A stretch of DNA of 64,000 bases from Pirellulales bacterium (GTDB lineage Bacteria > Planctomycetota > Planctomycetia > Pirellulales > PALSA-1355), in the NCBI GenBank assembly GCA_963733035.1, contig CAVTBU010000005.1, positions 2,496,001 to 2,560,000 of the forward strand. The letters are read 5' to 3'. The notes under the pieces are model-generated. The model saw only the letters and a list, made by a program, of their open reading frames with translations, was not told the DNA's origin and searched no databases. Both the position numbers and the translations under genes were made by a program. The number at the start of each line of letters is the position of its first letter. Position 1 is the stretch's first letter. Below are positions 52,614 to 63,700 of this stretch, one piece after another.

Positions 52614-53339
52614 ATGAATTACATGCGATCCGTTGCCGGCATTGCCATCGTGTTCTTGGCAGGTTCGTTTGCGCATGGCGCAGCGGTTTTCTACGGACCG
52701 ACCCACTACTACAGCCCCGCCGACAGCCCCTTCGACTTGAGCGGGCTGGGCACAAACTTCTGGCTCGAGGATTTTGAAGATCTGCTGCTCAATACGCCGG
52801 GCGTCACGAGCATCAACGGCGCTCCTCGGGCGCCGTCGTCGCTCACCGACTCGGTCGATGGGGACGACGGTGCCATCGACGGCCACGGCAACGGCGCTAG
52901 CTACATGGTGCGGCCCGGCATCCTGGGAATGGACTTTGTGTTCGATGCGTCCGCGTTGGGCGGCCTTCCAAGTTATGCGGGAATCGTCGTCACCGACGGC
53001 TATGGAAAAGACGGATTACCCCAGGCCACCGCCGAGTTTTACGACGCCAATGACAACTTGATCGGCACCCTGAATAGCCTCTATGAGAACTTTGACGTCA
53101 ATACGACCGACGATGATTGGTTCTTGGGTGTCTATCACTCCACGGGAATCAGCCGGATTCATTTGTGGAACTATGGGACCGGAAGCAGCAATTTGGAGGT
53201 CGACCATCTTCAGTATGGCTATCCAATCCCGGAAGGTTCGACGCTGGCACTTTCGCTCAGCGCCTTGTTTGTGTTGGTCGCCATGCGATCGCTCCGCGGT
53301 TGGTCGATTGCCGGCCGTGCGCGGCAGCGTACGAGCTAG
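52614..53339 (+). CDS. PEP-CTERM-like protein (PEG variant)
   Basis: Signal peptide, LEDFED, DSVDGDDG, IPEGST, TM helix and basic tail. Confidence 0.75.
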   Translation: MNYMRSVAGIAIVFLAGSFAHGAAVFYGPTHYYSPADSPFDLSGLGTNFWLEDFEDLLLNTPGVTSINGAPRAPSSLTDSVDGDDGAIDGHGNGASYMVRPGILGMDFVFDASALGGLPSYAGIVVTDGYGKDGLPQATAEFYDANDNLIGTLNSLYENFDVNTTDDDWFLGVYHSTGISRIHLWNYGTGSSNLEVDHLQYGYPIPEGSTLALSLSALFVLVAMRSLRGWSIAGRARQRTS

Positions 53340-53451
53340 CTGAACCCCGCCTCGCTGTACGCCGACCGACTGCTGATCGGCTCCACGGACCCCCAAACTG
53401 CGCCCCCAACTCGCATACCCAACACAGCCGGTATTCGCTAGAATCCAGCCC

Positions 53452-54468
53452 ATGGCACAACAACCAAACAGGGGGACGCTGCTGCGGCACACGCTGATGG
53501 GGCTCAAGATCACGGCGACCGGCAGCTACGCGCCGCCGAACGTCGTGACCAATGAAGACCTCGCGGCGCTCGATCTCGATCCCGAATATATCTTTCGCCG
53601 CACCGGCATTCGCGAGCGACGACACGTTTCGCCCGGAATGTCGACCAGCGATCTGTGTTACAACTCCGCCCAGCAGTGCTTCGAGCGGGCAGGGGTGGGA
53701 CCCGAGGACATCGATCTGTTGGTCGTCGGTACGGTGTCGCCCGATTGGCACATCGCATCAACCGCCGCGGTACTTCAAGATCGGCTCGGCATGCGCTGTG
53801 GCGCGATCGAGATTGCTTCGGCCTGTGCGGGTTTCATGTATGCCCTGTGCACGGCAGCGCAGTACATCGCCACGGGGGCAAGCAAGCGAGCCCTGGTAAT
53901 GGGTGCCGACTGCTGTTCGAGCGTCATCCACCGCGAAGTACCGAAAACGTATCTGTTGTTTGGCGATGGCGGAGGCGCGGTAATTCTCGAGAAGGGAACG
54001 CCTGAGCAGGGCCTACTCGGCTACAACCTGGGAGCCGAAGGCGCGGGCGCCGAGCAGCTATACGTTCGGATGGGCGGTTCGCGCCAGCCAGCGACGCACG
54101 AGGGAATCGATCGGCTCGACCATTCGCTCTACATGGATGGCAAGGCCGTTTACAAATGGGCCACGCGGGTGCTCAGCGAAAGCATCATTGACGTACTCGA
54201 GCAGGCCAATCTAAAGCTCGATGACATCGACCTGTTTGTGCCGCATCAGGCAAACCTGCGGATCATCGAAGCCTCGGCCGACTATCTCGGCATCGACCGC
54301 GAAAAGATCATTATCAACGTCGATCGCTACGGCAACACCTCCGGCGGAAGCGTGCCCTTGGCGCTCGACGAGGCCTATCAGTCCGGCCGCATCAAGCCGG
54401 GCGACAAGGTATTGATGAGCGGCTACGGGGCGGGCCTGAGCTGGGGCACCGCCATTTTCGCTTGGTGA
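53452..54468 (+). CDS. fabH: 3-oxoacyl-ACP synthase III
   Basis: RTGIRERR, ACAGF, FGDG, PHQAN.RI, GNTS. Confidence 0.93.
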   Translation: MAQQPNRGTLLRHTLMGLKITATGSYAPPNVVTNEDLAALDLDPEYIFRRTGIRERRHVSPGMSTSDLCYNSAQQCFERAGVGPEDIDLLVVGTVSPDWHIASTAAVLQDRLGMRCGAIEIASACAGFMYALCTAAQYIATGASKRALVMGADCCSSVIHREVPKTYLLFGDGGGAVILEKGTPEQGLLGYNLGAEGAGAEQLYVRMGGSRQPATHEGIDRLDHSLYMDGKAVYKWATRVLSESIIDVLEQANLKLDDIDLFVPHQANLRIIEASADYLGIDREKIIINVDRYGNTSGGSVPLALDEAYQSGRIKPGDKVLMSGYGAGLSWGTAIFAW

Positions 54469-54558
54469 ACCGCCGGGCTGGCATATACTTTCCCTGTCCG
54501 TTTGCATCCGCGCGCCGTGAGGCGCCGTTTCTATTTCTGTAGCAACCACGCGAGAGCC

Positions 54559-56364
54559 ATGATCGCCAAAGTCAAATCGCTGCCCCCACGCTCTAAAGTC
54601 AAACCGGAAGACACCTGGGACCTGTCGAGTCTGTTTCCCAATGACCAGGCCTGGGAAACGGCCTTCAAGAAGTGGGAAAAACAGATCGTCCGCTACGAGG
54701 ACTATCGCGGCAAGCTTGCCGAGGACGCTAAGACCTTGGCCGCGTGTCTCAAGTTCGATACCGAGTTCGAGCAGGCCGGCGAACGACTGGGGACGTATGC
54801 CTTCCTCAAGACGACCGAGGACATGGCCAACAGCACCTATCAGCGGATGATGGGTCGCTATCGCAACGTGGCCAGCAAGGCAGGGCAGGCCGCCAGCTAC
54901 ATTCGCCCGGAGATCATGGGCATTCCGGCCAAGACGATGTCGAAGTTCATGCAGGCGCGGCAATTGGCCGATTTTCGGCTGCTGCTCGAACAATTGCTCC
55001 GCTACAAGCCACACACGCTCGGCAAAAGCGAGGAAAAGCTGCTGGCCATGCAGGCCGAGATGTCGGATGCCGCCAACCAGATCTTCCGCCAGTTGACCGA
55101 TGCCGACCTGAAGTGGGGCAGCATCAAGAACGAACGCGGCGAACTTGTCGAGCTGAGCAACTCGACGTTCTCGTCATTCTTGCAATCGCCTGAGCGCAAA
55201 GTCCGCAAGCAGGCCTTTCACGAGTATTACACGCAGTTCAAGGCCCACGAAAACACGCTGGCCGCCGCGCTTTCCGGCTCCATTCAGCGCGACGTGTACT
55301 ATGCCCGGGCGAGGAACTATCCGAGCGCGCTCGAGGCGTCGCTGTTTCACGACAAGGTACCTGCGTCGGTGGTCACCAACCTGATCGAATCAGTACATCG
55401 TCACCTGCCGGCGCTCTATCGCTACTACGACTTGCGCCGTCGCAAGATGCAACTGCGTGATATCCACCACTACGACACCTACGTGCCGATATTGAGCGAG
55501 CTGAAGAGTCGCCACAACTGGAACCAGGCGGTCAAGCTGGTGATCTCGGCGATTGAACCGTTGGGGAGCGAGTATTGTGGCGCACTCGAACGCGGCTTGA
55601 ACGGCCGCTGGAGCGATCGCTATCCGAACCAGGGGAAGCAGAGTGGGGCGTTCAGCTGCGGATCGTTTGACGGCGACCCGTACATCCTGATGAATTACCA
55701 ACCCGACGTACTCGACCACGTATTCACGCTGGCGCACGAAGCGGGCCACTCGATGCACAGCTACTACTCGGCCAAGCACCAGCCGTTTCAGTATTACAAC
55801 TACACGATCTTCGTGGCCGAAGTGGCCAGCACGTTCAACGAACAACTACTTGCGCGGCACATGATGGCCCGCGCCAAGAGCGACAAGGAACGCGCTTTCC
55901 TGATCAATCGCGAAATCGATTCCATTCGCGGCACGATTCTGCGGCAAACGATGTTCGCCGAGTTCGAGGGGATCACGCACGCCTTGGCCGAGGAGGGCGA
56001 ACCGCTGACGGTCGACCGCTTCAAGAGCGAGTATCGCAAGCTGCTCGAACTGTACTTCGGTCCCGATTTCGCGCTCGACGAAGAGCTGTCGCTGGAATGC
56101 TTCCGCATCCCACACTTCTACCGAGCCTTTTACGTGTACAAGTACGCCACCGGGCTGTCGGCTGCCATTGCGCTGGTCGAGCGGGTCACCAGCGGCGGCA
56201 AGCAGGAACTCGACGATTATCTCGGTTTTCTCAAGGGCGGGTGCTCGAAATACCCTCTCGATTTGCTGCGCGGCGCCGGCGTGGACATGGAAAAACCACA
56301 GGCCGTCGACACGGCGCTGGATTATTTCGAGCGGCTGGTCACCGAGCTGGACGAATTGTTGTAA
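54559..56364 (+). CDS. pepF: Oligoendopeptidase F (M3B)
   Basis: TWDLS, GKQSGAF, HEAGHSMH, AEVAST, IPHFY...YVYKYATG. Confidence 0.95.
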   Translation: MIAKVKSLPPRSKVKPEDTWDLSSLFPNDQAWETAFKKWEKQIVRYEDYRGKLAEDAKTLAACLKFDTEFEQAGERLGTYAFLKTTEDMANSTYQRMMGRYRNVASKAGQAASYIRPEIMGIPAKTMSKFMQARQLADFRLLLEQLLRYKPHTLGKSEEKLLAMQAEMSDAANQIFRQLTDADLKWGSIKNERGELVELSNSTFSSFLQSPERKVRKQAFHEYYTQFKAHENTLAAALSGSIQRDVYYARARNYPSALEASLFHDKVPASVVTNLIESVHRHLPALYRYYDLRRRKMQLRDIHHYDTYVPILSELKSRHNWNQAVKLVISAIEPLGSEYCGALERGLNGRWSDRYPNQGKQSGAFSCGSFDGDPYILMNYQPDVLDHVFTLAHEAGHSMHSYYSAKHQPFQYYNYTIFVAEVASTFNEQLLARHMMARAKSDKERAFLINREIDSIRGTILRQTMFAEFEGITHALAEEGEPLTVDRFKSEYRKLLELYFGPDFALDEELSLECFRIPHFYRAFYVYKYATGLSAAIALVERVTSGGKQELDDYLGFLKGGCSKYPLDLLRGAGVDMEKPQAVDTALDYFERLVTELDELL

Positions 56365-56423
56365 GCGCTGCGACTGGCGTTTAGCATGGCCGCTGTGATT
56401 TGAGCCTGGAGAACAACAATGGG

Positions 56424-56449
56424 AAAAAGCCCCGGGCGAAACCGGGGCT
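56424..56449 (-). terminator. GC hairpin with a U-tract on the minus strand
   Basis: AGCCCCGG-GCGAAA-CCGGGGCT preceded by AAAAA. Confidence 0.4.
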
Positions 56450-56476
56450 GACAAGTGATTACCCGAAAGGGATGCC

Positions 56477-57235
56477 ATGCAACTCGGACTTGTGACTTAT
56501 CAATGGGGCGCCGATTGGGATCTGCCCACGGTGATCAAGAACTGCCAGGAAACCGGGTTTGCCGGAGTCGAACTTCGCAGCACGCACAAGCACGGCGTGG
56601 AGCCGTCGCTCACCGAAGCCGAGCGGCGGGAAGTCGCCAAGCGGTTTGCCGATCGCGGCGTCGAGTTGGTCGGCCTCGGCACCGCCTGCGAATATCATTC
56701 GCCCGATCCGGCGGAATTGAAAAAAAACATCGAAGAGACGAAAGCCTTCATTCGGCTTTGTCACGATGTTGGCGGCACCGGTATCAAAGTGCGGCCGAAC
56801 GGATTGCCGGCTGGCGTGCCCCAACAAAAGACTATTGAACAGATTGGTCGCGCGCTCGATGAAGTCGCCTCTTATGGCGAAGGCTATGGCGTAGAGATTC
56901 GGCTCGAAATCCACGGCCGCGGCACGTCGGAAATTCCCGTGATACGCAAGATCATGGACGTCTCGCAGCACCCGGCGTCGAAGCTCTGCTGGAACTGCAA
57001 CGAGGCCGACCTGCACAAGCCAGGGCTCGAAGCGAACTTCCGCAGCGTGCAGGATCGGATCAGCACGGTTCACATTCACGATCTGATCAGCAGCTACCCT
57101 TGGATCGAGTTGTTCGGCCTACTGAAGGGCGCGAACTTCGCCGGCTGGACGCTACTCGAAGAAGGCGATCGCACCAGCGACCCCATCCGCGTGATGAAAT
57201 ACTACCGTCTGCTGTGGGAACGCATGACGACCTAA
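56477..57235 (+). CDS. Sugar phosphate isomerase/epimerase (AP endonuclease 2-like TIM barrel)
   Basis: GVELRSTHKHG, RLEIHG, VHIHD. Confidence 0.85.
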   Translation: MQLGLVTYQWGADWDLPTVIKNCQETGFAGVELRSTHKHGVEPSLTEAERREVAKRFADRGVELVGLGTACEYHSPDPAELKKNIEETKAFIRLCHDVGGTGIKVRPNGLPAGVPQQKTIEQIGRALDEVASYGEGYGVEIRLEIHGRGTSEIPVIRKIMDVSQHPASKLCWNCNEADLHKPGLEANFRSVQDRISTVHIHDLISSYPWIELFGLLKGANFAGWTLLEEGDRTSDPIRVMKYYRLLWERMTT

Positions 57236-57295
57236 CCGGCCAACCCTCAGCCGCTTAGCCCGGAGACATCGTCGACGACGTTCGCAGGAAGCACC

Positions 57296-57640
57296 ATGAA
57301 CGCACCGAACCATCCGCTCGCTGGCAACTTGCTCGCAAATCTCCCGATCGAAAGTGCCGACGAAGCGCTGGAAGTCCTCGCCGAGGCAAAAGACATCCGC
57401 ATCGAGCGGATCATCTCGCGAGGGCATGCGTTGCCAGACGACGTATGGTACGACCAGCCACAGTCGGAGTTCGTGGTGCTCCTAAGCGGCGAAGCGCACT
57501 TGCAGTTTGAAGGGGAGCCGGAGCCGCGGATGCTGGTCGTGGGCGACTTCCTGGTGATCCCAGCCCATTGCAGGCACCGCGTGGCGTGGACCACGCTCGA
57601 TGAGCCGAGTGTCTGGCTGGCCATTCATTACGACTCATGA
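57296..57640 (+). CDS. Cupin domain protein
   Basis: IERIISRGH, WYDQ...EFV, GD...IPAH.RHRV.WT. Confidence 0.88.
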   Translation: MNAPNHPLAGNLLANLPIESADEALEVLAEAKDIRIERIISRGHALPDDVWYDQPQSEFVVLLSGEAHLQFEGEPEPRMLVVGDFLVIPAHCRHRVAWTTLDEPSVWLAIHYDS

Positions 57641-57653
57641 GCCCGTGCGTCGT

Positions 57654-58682
57654 CTATGGCGCCGGCTTGACGGTGGTGATCCACAGGAAAGGTTTGTCGG
57701 CCTCGTCGACGCGAAGCTCATAGCGCAGGCCAGCTTGAAACAGGACTTTGCTGAGCACCTGGCTGTATGACATGCGTTTGGCCGGCACGTCGGCCGGAGC
57801 CGTGGCCGGATCGGCGCCATGGAGAGCCATGGCGTTGCGATCGTAAATGAGCGGCACTTCCAAGCGGCCCTCGATCGCTTGCACGGCTTCGATTACCGGA
57901 ATCTCGCTGATCTCGACATTGAGCATCTCGAACAGGATCGGCAACTCGTCGGCCGCTCGCTTGGCCGGCTTGAAACCGACGGGCCAGGCCTCCTGGCCCT
58001 TGACGGGCTCGGCCAGATGATACTCGATCGATCCGCCCTCAGCGCGGCGGGGAGTTAGCACGAGCCCGGCCGGTCGCGCGATGGCTGCCAATGTAGTACC
58101 GCAGGAAAGGTTCTTAAACTCGTCCGCCAGCTGCACGCCTCGCAGGGCGCCGGTCGCGCTTGGCTGTACTCTGAGCGGCGCATGAAGTTTTCGCGCGATC
58201 TTGTCCACGGCCAGGTCGCCGCGCAGACGCAACGTCGAGAAATCAATCGGCTGTCGCAGGTCTCCATGAACTTGTTGGAGCTGCGAGGGGGTCATGCCGA
58301 AGGCCGCGCAGGGCGCGGTCACTCCCTCGACGCCGTCCGTCCCCAGGTCGGCGATCCACTTTTTCAGCCGGTCTGTCTGGCGCGGTTCGAACTTGCCGCC
58401 CGGCACGTGCAGCGTGTTGTCGGCCGTCAGAATGCCCGTGACCCGGTAGGCCGGGGCGGACGGTGTGCCGGTGCTTGTGACGTCCATTTTATCGTCTCCG
58501 CTTCCCGAACGGATCTGGAGACCCGTCACCCCCAGACCCGAGAGCACTTGATACCACTGCTGAGCGGCCGTCGGCGGAATTCCCGGACGAGTGACGATTT
58601 CCAGCGATACGCGAGGTCCCTCGGCGGCGCTCGCCAGGGCGGCGCAAAGGAATGCGATACTTGCGATTAGAATGACTCGCAT
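57654..58682 (-). CDS. Secreted hypothetical protein
   Basis: Signal peptide MRVILIASI... with GGAGG RBS; 342 aa. Confidence 0.7.
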   Translation of the reverse strand: MRVILIASIAFLCAALASAAEGPRVSLEIVTRPGIPPTAAQQWYQVLSGLGVTGLQIRSGSGDDKMDVTSTGTPSAPAYRVTGILTADNTLHVPGGKFEPRQTDRLKKWIADLGTDGVEGVTAPCAAFGMTPSQLQQVHGDLRQPIDFSTLRLRGDLAVDKIARKLHAPLRVQPSATGALRGVQLADEFKNLSCGTTLAAIARPAGLVLTPRRAEGGSIEYHLAEPVKGQEAWPVGFKPAKRAADELPILFEMLNVEISEIPVIEAVQAIEGRLEVPLIYDRNAMALHGADPATAPADVPAKRMSYSQVLSKVLFQAGLRYELRVDEADKPFLWITTVKPAP

Positions 58683-58902
58683 GGCGATCCTCCCGGCAGA
58701 AAAGTGCGGCGAACACCCAACTATACCATCTATGAACAACTCGTCACTTTTGCGCAATCCGAGTCAGTCGGTTGGACATCGATATCTGCTATTAGTAGGG
58801 TATGTAACTTCTGCTATGAAAAATCCACCTGATCGACCCGCCTGAGTCGGATGGAATTCCGTCGCGACCGCTCCCATTGATTGACTTCTGAGGATTACGC
58901 TC

Positions 58903-59874
58903 GTGAACGCCATTGTCCCTGTCGCTCTTCGCAGCCGCGCTCAGCTGCCGCGCCGTTTTTTCTGCCCGGCGCTCGCGCTGGCCGTCGGATGTTCGGCCGT
59001 GCTCCTGGCCTCGGTTGCCGAGGCAACGCTTCTGTCGGACTGGAACTTGTTGGTTGAAACCAACATGACGACATCGTCCCATGTCGATGGCAGCACCAAG
59101 ATCGGCGGCAACCTTGGCGCCAGCGCCGGTGTGTTCTCGACGCACCTCGTTACCGCGCCCAATGGCGATGGACTGGCAGTTGGCGGCAACATCACCGGCA
59201 ATCTGCAAATCAACAACGGCGGCAATCTACGACTGGGCGGCACGAACAACGGCTCGGTGATCTTTAACGGCGGCGGCACGACCGTTCTCGACGCGGGCCT
59301 CGCGGCTGAAGTGGCGGCTGACTTTGCGTATCTCGACGACCTGAGTGCCGCGCTGGATACGCTTACACCCAACGGCACCCTCGATGGCGCCGGCAACATG
59401 AACGCCGTGCCGGTGGTGCTCGACGGTCAAAACGTGGCGATCTATAGCATCACCGCCGCCAGCTTGAACGGTCTGGGACAGCTGAACCTGAACTTTGGAT
59501 CGGCCGACACGGTGATCATCAACGTCTCGGGCACGAGTGTCAGCTTCATCGCGCCACCGAACATTATCGGTGGCTTCAACCAGAACAACAGCTCGCGGAT
59601 CCTCTGGAACCTACCGGAAGCGACGCAGGTGTCGGTGAACAACTCCTTCAATGGAGCGCTGTTGGCCCCGCAGGCAGATTTGGCCGTGCTGGGCGGTGGC
59701 ATGAACGGCACCGTGGCCGTCCACTCGCTGTCAAACCAGAATGCCGAAATCCGCCAGTTCGACTACACGGGCTACCTGCCACCGGTGATCGTGCCCGAAC
59801 CGGGCAGTGGTCTGTTGCTGGGCCTGGCCGGACTCGCGCTGGTCGGCTGGTACCGGTTGCGTCGCCGCGCCTAG
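58903..59874 (+). CDS. Choice-of-anchor A family PEP-CTERM protein
   Basis: Gly/Asn-rich, TVIINVSG, ILWNLPEA, GALLAP, VPEPGS, TM helix and RRR. Confidence 0.85.
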   Translation: MNAIVPVALRSRAQLPRRFFCPALALAVGCSAVLLASVAEATLLSDWNLLVETNMTTSSHVDGSTKIGGNLGASAGVFSTHLVTAPNGDGLAVGGNITGNLQINNGGNLRLGGTNNGSVIFNGGGTTVLDAGLAAEVAADFAYLDDLSAALDTLTPNGTLDGAGNMNAVPVVLDGQNVAIYSITAASLNGLGQLNLNFGSADTVIINVSGTSVSFIAPPNIIGGFNQNNSSRILWNLPEATQVSVNNSFNGALLAPQADLAVLGGGMNGTVAVHSLSNQNAEIRQFDYTGYLPPVIVPEPGSGLLLGLAGLALVGWYRLRRRA

Positions 59875-60054
59875 TCGGTACGAATGTAACGCCAACATCC
59901 GAATTCCGCGCTCGCTTTGCGCGCGAAGGGCGCGTAGGCCCTCTGGCATTTGACCGCTATAATCGGTGCGCCAATGGCAAACGTTGTTTGCGTGCGAAGA
60001 CCGCGTCCCAGGACGGGCGCACAACAAGAAAAACATCGGCTTGGAGGTCATGCG

Positions 60055-60657
60055 ATGAACGTGCGACGATGGACGGCCCTGGCGGCGATTTTAGTGATTG
60101 GCGTGGTAGCAGGCCGCACGACGGGCACGATTGCCCAAGACGAAAAGCAAGCGAAACCCGACATGCAAAAGCTGGCCGTCGATTGCGCGGCCGCGAAGCT
60201 GAAGCTCGCGAAGATGAACCTGGCCCGAATGGAAGGGCTTAACAAGCGCGTGCCTGGCACGCTGATCAAGGGCATGATCGAGCAATTTGTCCAGGAGGTC
60301 GAACTTGCCCAGCAGGATCTGGACATCGCTAAGAAGAATCCCGGCGGCGATCCGTATGGAGCCTGCGTCGAACGGATCCGACTCGGTCTGCAGTCGGCCG
60401 AACACCGCGCCAAGCGAGCGTACCAGACGTATGAGCAGGCACCCGACATCGTGAGCAAGGACGACGTGGAACGGATGCGCCAGATTGCGATCATCGCCGA
60501 CCTGCAACTGCAACGCGGCTTGGCCCTCAAAGACGCCGATGCGGCCAAGCAACTCCAATGGCAATTGGAAATCTACGCCAGCGAAATCGACCGCGTGCGC
60601 GTGTACACCTACCTGTTGGGTCAAAATCGGTTTGGGGAGTTTGCCCCGGGATTGTAA
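60055..60657 (+). CDS. Secreted helical hypothetical protein
   Basis: GGAGG RBS, signal peptide, coiled-coil-like sequence. Confidence 0.65.
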   Translation: MNVRRWTALAAILVIGVVAGRTTGTIAQDEKQAKPDMQKLAVDCAAAKLKLAKMNLARMEGLNKRVPGTLIKGMIEQFVQEVELAQQDLDIAKKNPGGDPYGACVERIRLGLQSAEHRAKRAYQTYEQAPDIVSKDDVERMRQIAIIADLQLQRGLALKDADAAKQLQWQLEIYASEIDRVRVYTYLLGQNRFGEFAPGL

Positions 60658-60797
60658 GGACCGGTTGATTGTCGTCGGCGATGCCAACCGAGTGTGACGA
60701 TAAAACCCTACTGGGTTCCTTTGCGAGCCGGCGGTAGAATGACCCCCTTGGATTCGTCCATCAGGGATCACGCCTGCCAACAGCGAGGGATTGCCAC

Positions 60798-63700
60798 GTG
60801 AGCGCGCCGCCATTTGTTCATCTGCATTGCCATAGCCACTTCAGCCTGCTCGATGGGGCAAGTCCGATTCAGGGGCTGGTCGATCGGGCTAAAGAATTGG
60901 GGATGAACGGGCTGGCGCTGACCGACCACGGCAATCTCTACGGCGCACTCGACTTCTATCGCAAGGCCAAGGCCGTCGGCATCAACCCGATCATTGGCTA
61001 CGAGGCCTACATCGCGCCGCAATCGCGGTTTCAAAAAGACGCCGGCGGCATGAAGGAAGCCAGCTTCCATCTGACACTGCTTGCGCAGAACAGAATCGGT
61101 TTCAAGAACCTCGTCAAAATGGCCAGCCGGGCATTTCTCGAGGGCTTTTACTTCAAGCCGCGCATCGACAAGGAATTGCTCGAGGCCCATAGCGAAGGGA
61201 TTATCTGCCTCAGCGGTTGTGTCTCGGGAGAATTCAGCCGAACGATCCTGCAACAGCATGGCGATCTGCCCGACCTAACCCCCGCCATGGAAATCGCCGG
61301 TTGGTTTCAGAAGGTGTTTGGCGATCGCTACTTCATCGAGATCCAAAACAACGGGCTCGAGATCCAACAAATCGCCATGCAAGGTGCGGTCGATGTGGCC
61401 AAAAAGATGGGGCTGCCTGTCGTGGCCACCAGCGACGCCCACTACGTGCGCCGCGAGGACGCCGAAGCACAAGACGTGCTATTGTGCATCAACACCGGCA
61501 AGTTCCGCACCGACAAACAGCGGATGCGGATGGAAGGAGATCAGTTCTTCCTCCGCAGTCCCGAGGAAATGTACGAGGCACTCGGCGTCGAGCATGTCGA
61601 CGCGCTCGCCCAGAGCCAGAAGATCGCCGACTCGGTCGACATCGAACTTGAGCTGGGCCAGCGGCACTTTCCCACCTACACGCTGCCGCCGGAAAAGACC
61701 GCCCAGGACTTTCTGTACGAGCTCTGTGTCCAAGGGCTGAAAGAACGTTATGCCGACGATCCCCAGCGGTGGGAAAACGGCGAGCTGTCGACGGCGGTGA
61801 CCGAGCGACTCGACTTCGAACTGTCAGTCATCAACAAGCTCGGGTTTCCGAACTACTTTCTCATCGTCTGGGATTTCGTACGCCACTCGCGTGAGCAGGG
61901 CATCCCGGCGACGGCCCGCGGCAGCGGCGTCGGCTCGCTGGTGTCGTACGCGCTATACCTGAGCCACGTCTGTCCGTTGCGATACGACTTGTTGTTCGAG
62001 CGATTCCTGGACGAAAGCCGCAAGGAAGCGCCGGATATCGATATCGACTTCTGCAAGCTCCGCCGCGTCGAAGTGATCAACTACGTCAAGGAAAAATACG
62101 GCGAAGCGAACGTGGCTCAAATCGGCACGTTTGGCACGCTGGCCGCCCGGGCGGCGATTCGCGACGTCGGCCGCGCGCTCGGCATGCCGATCTTTCGCGT
62201 CGATCAGATCGTGGCCATGGTGCCCGAGGAACTTCACATCACACTCAACAAGGCGCTGGAGGAAAGCGCCGATTTGAAGAAGGCCTACGACAGTGATCCG
62301 GAAGTGCGCGAGCTGCTGGACCTGGCGGCAAGATTGAGGGCTTGGCCCGCAACGTCGGTACGCACGCTGCGGCCGTGGTGATCGCGGACAAACCGCTCGA
62401 CGAATATGTACCACTGGGTCGCGTGGCGGGAAAAGAGGAAATCATCACCCAGTGGGCCATGGGCGACGTCGAAGCCGCCGGCCTGTTGAAGATGGACTTT
62501 CTCGGCCTGCGCAACTTGACGATTCTCTCCAAGGCGGTGGACCTGATCGAACAGACTACCGGCCAGCGAGTTGATCCGCACAAGTTTCCACTGGACGACA
62601 AAGAAACGTTCGCACTGCTGTGCCGGGGTGAAACCAAGGGTATTTTTCAGCTCGAAAGCGGTGGTATTCGCGACTTGCTGCAAAAGATGAAGCCGGACCA
62701 TTTCCGCGACATCATTGCCACCAATGCCCTGTATCGTCCCGGCCCGCTCGAAGGCGGCATGGTAGACGACTACGTGCAGGTAAAGCACGGCAGAAAAGAA
62801 GCCGTCTACCCGCACCCGGTGATGAAAGACGTGCTGGAAGAAACGCACGGCGTGATGGTCTACCAGGAACAGGTGATGCGAATCCTCAACCGTCTAGGCG
62901 GCATTGAGTTGCCCAACGCCTACACCTGTATTAAGGCCATTAGCAAGAAAAAGCTGCCTTTGATTGCCAAATACAAGGAACAGTTCATTGACGGAGCCCA
63001 CGCCAAGGGACTGCCCAAAAATGCCGCGGCTGAACTGTTCGAAATGATCGAAAAGTTCGCCGGCTACGGCTTCAACAAAAGCCATTCGACAGCCTACGCT
63101 CTAATCGCCTACATGACGGCCTACCTAAAGGCCCACTACTCGGTCGAGTTCATGGCCGCGCTCCTCTCCGGCGACATCGACGCGCGTAATTTCAAAAAGA
63201 AAGACTCGCTCGTCGAACACCTGGAAGACTGCCGCAGAATGGACATCGAAGTCATTCCGCCCGACGTCAATCGTTCGGAAGGGGACTTTACCGTGGCCGA
63301 TGGCAAGATCGTGCTCGGGCTGTGCGCGATCAAGGGCTGCGGCACCGCGGCGATGGACGCCCTGGTCGCCGCCCGCAAGGCGGACGGGCCTTTCCGCGAT
63401 TTGTTCGATTTTTGCGAACGGGTCGATCCGTCGCAAATCAACAAGTCCACGATCGAAACGCTGATCAAAGCCGGTGCGTTCGATTCACTCGGAGCGCGGC
63501 GATCGCAACTGTCGGCCGTGCTCGAACGGGCGATTCAATCGGGCGCGGCTTTGCACGCCGATCGCAAGAGCGGCCAGAAGGGACTGTTTGACATGCTCGA
63601 GGAAGACTCTGGTCCTGCCGCGCCGGTAGCATTGCCAGACGTGCCCGAATGGGACGATCGAGAGCGTCTGGCCGCCGAAAAAGAGGTGCTCGGCTTTTAC

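Noticed and set aside
62320..62381. Split dnaE, intein or programmed frameshift
   Set aside because: There are no intein motifs or slippery site; adding one base restores a continuous DnaE.
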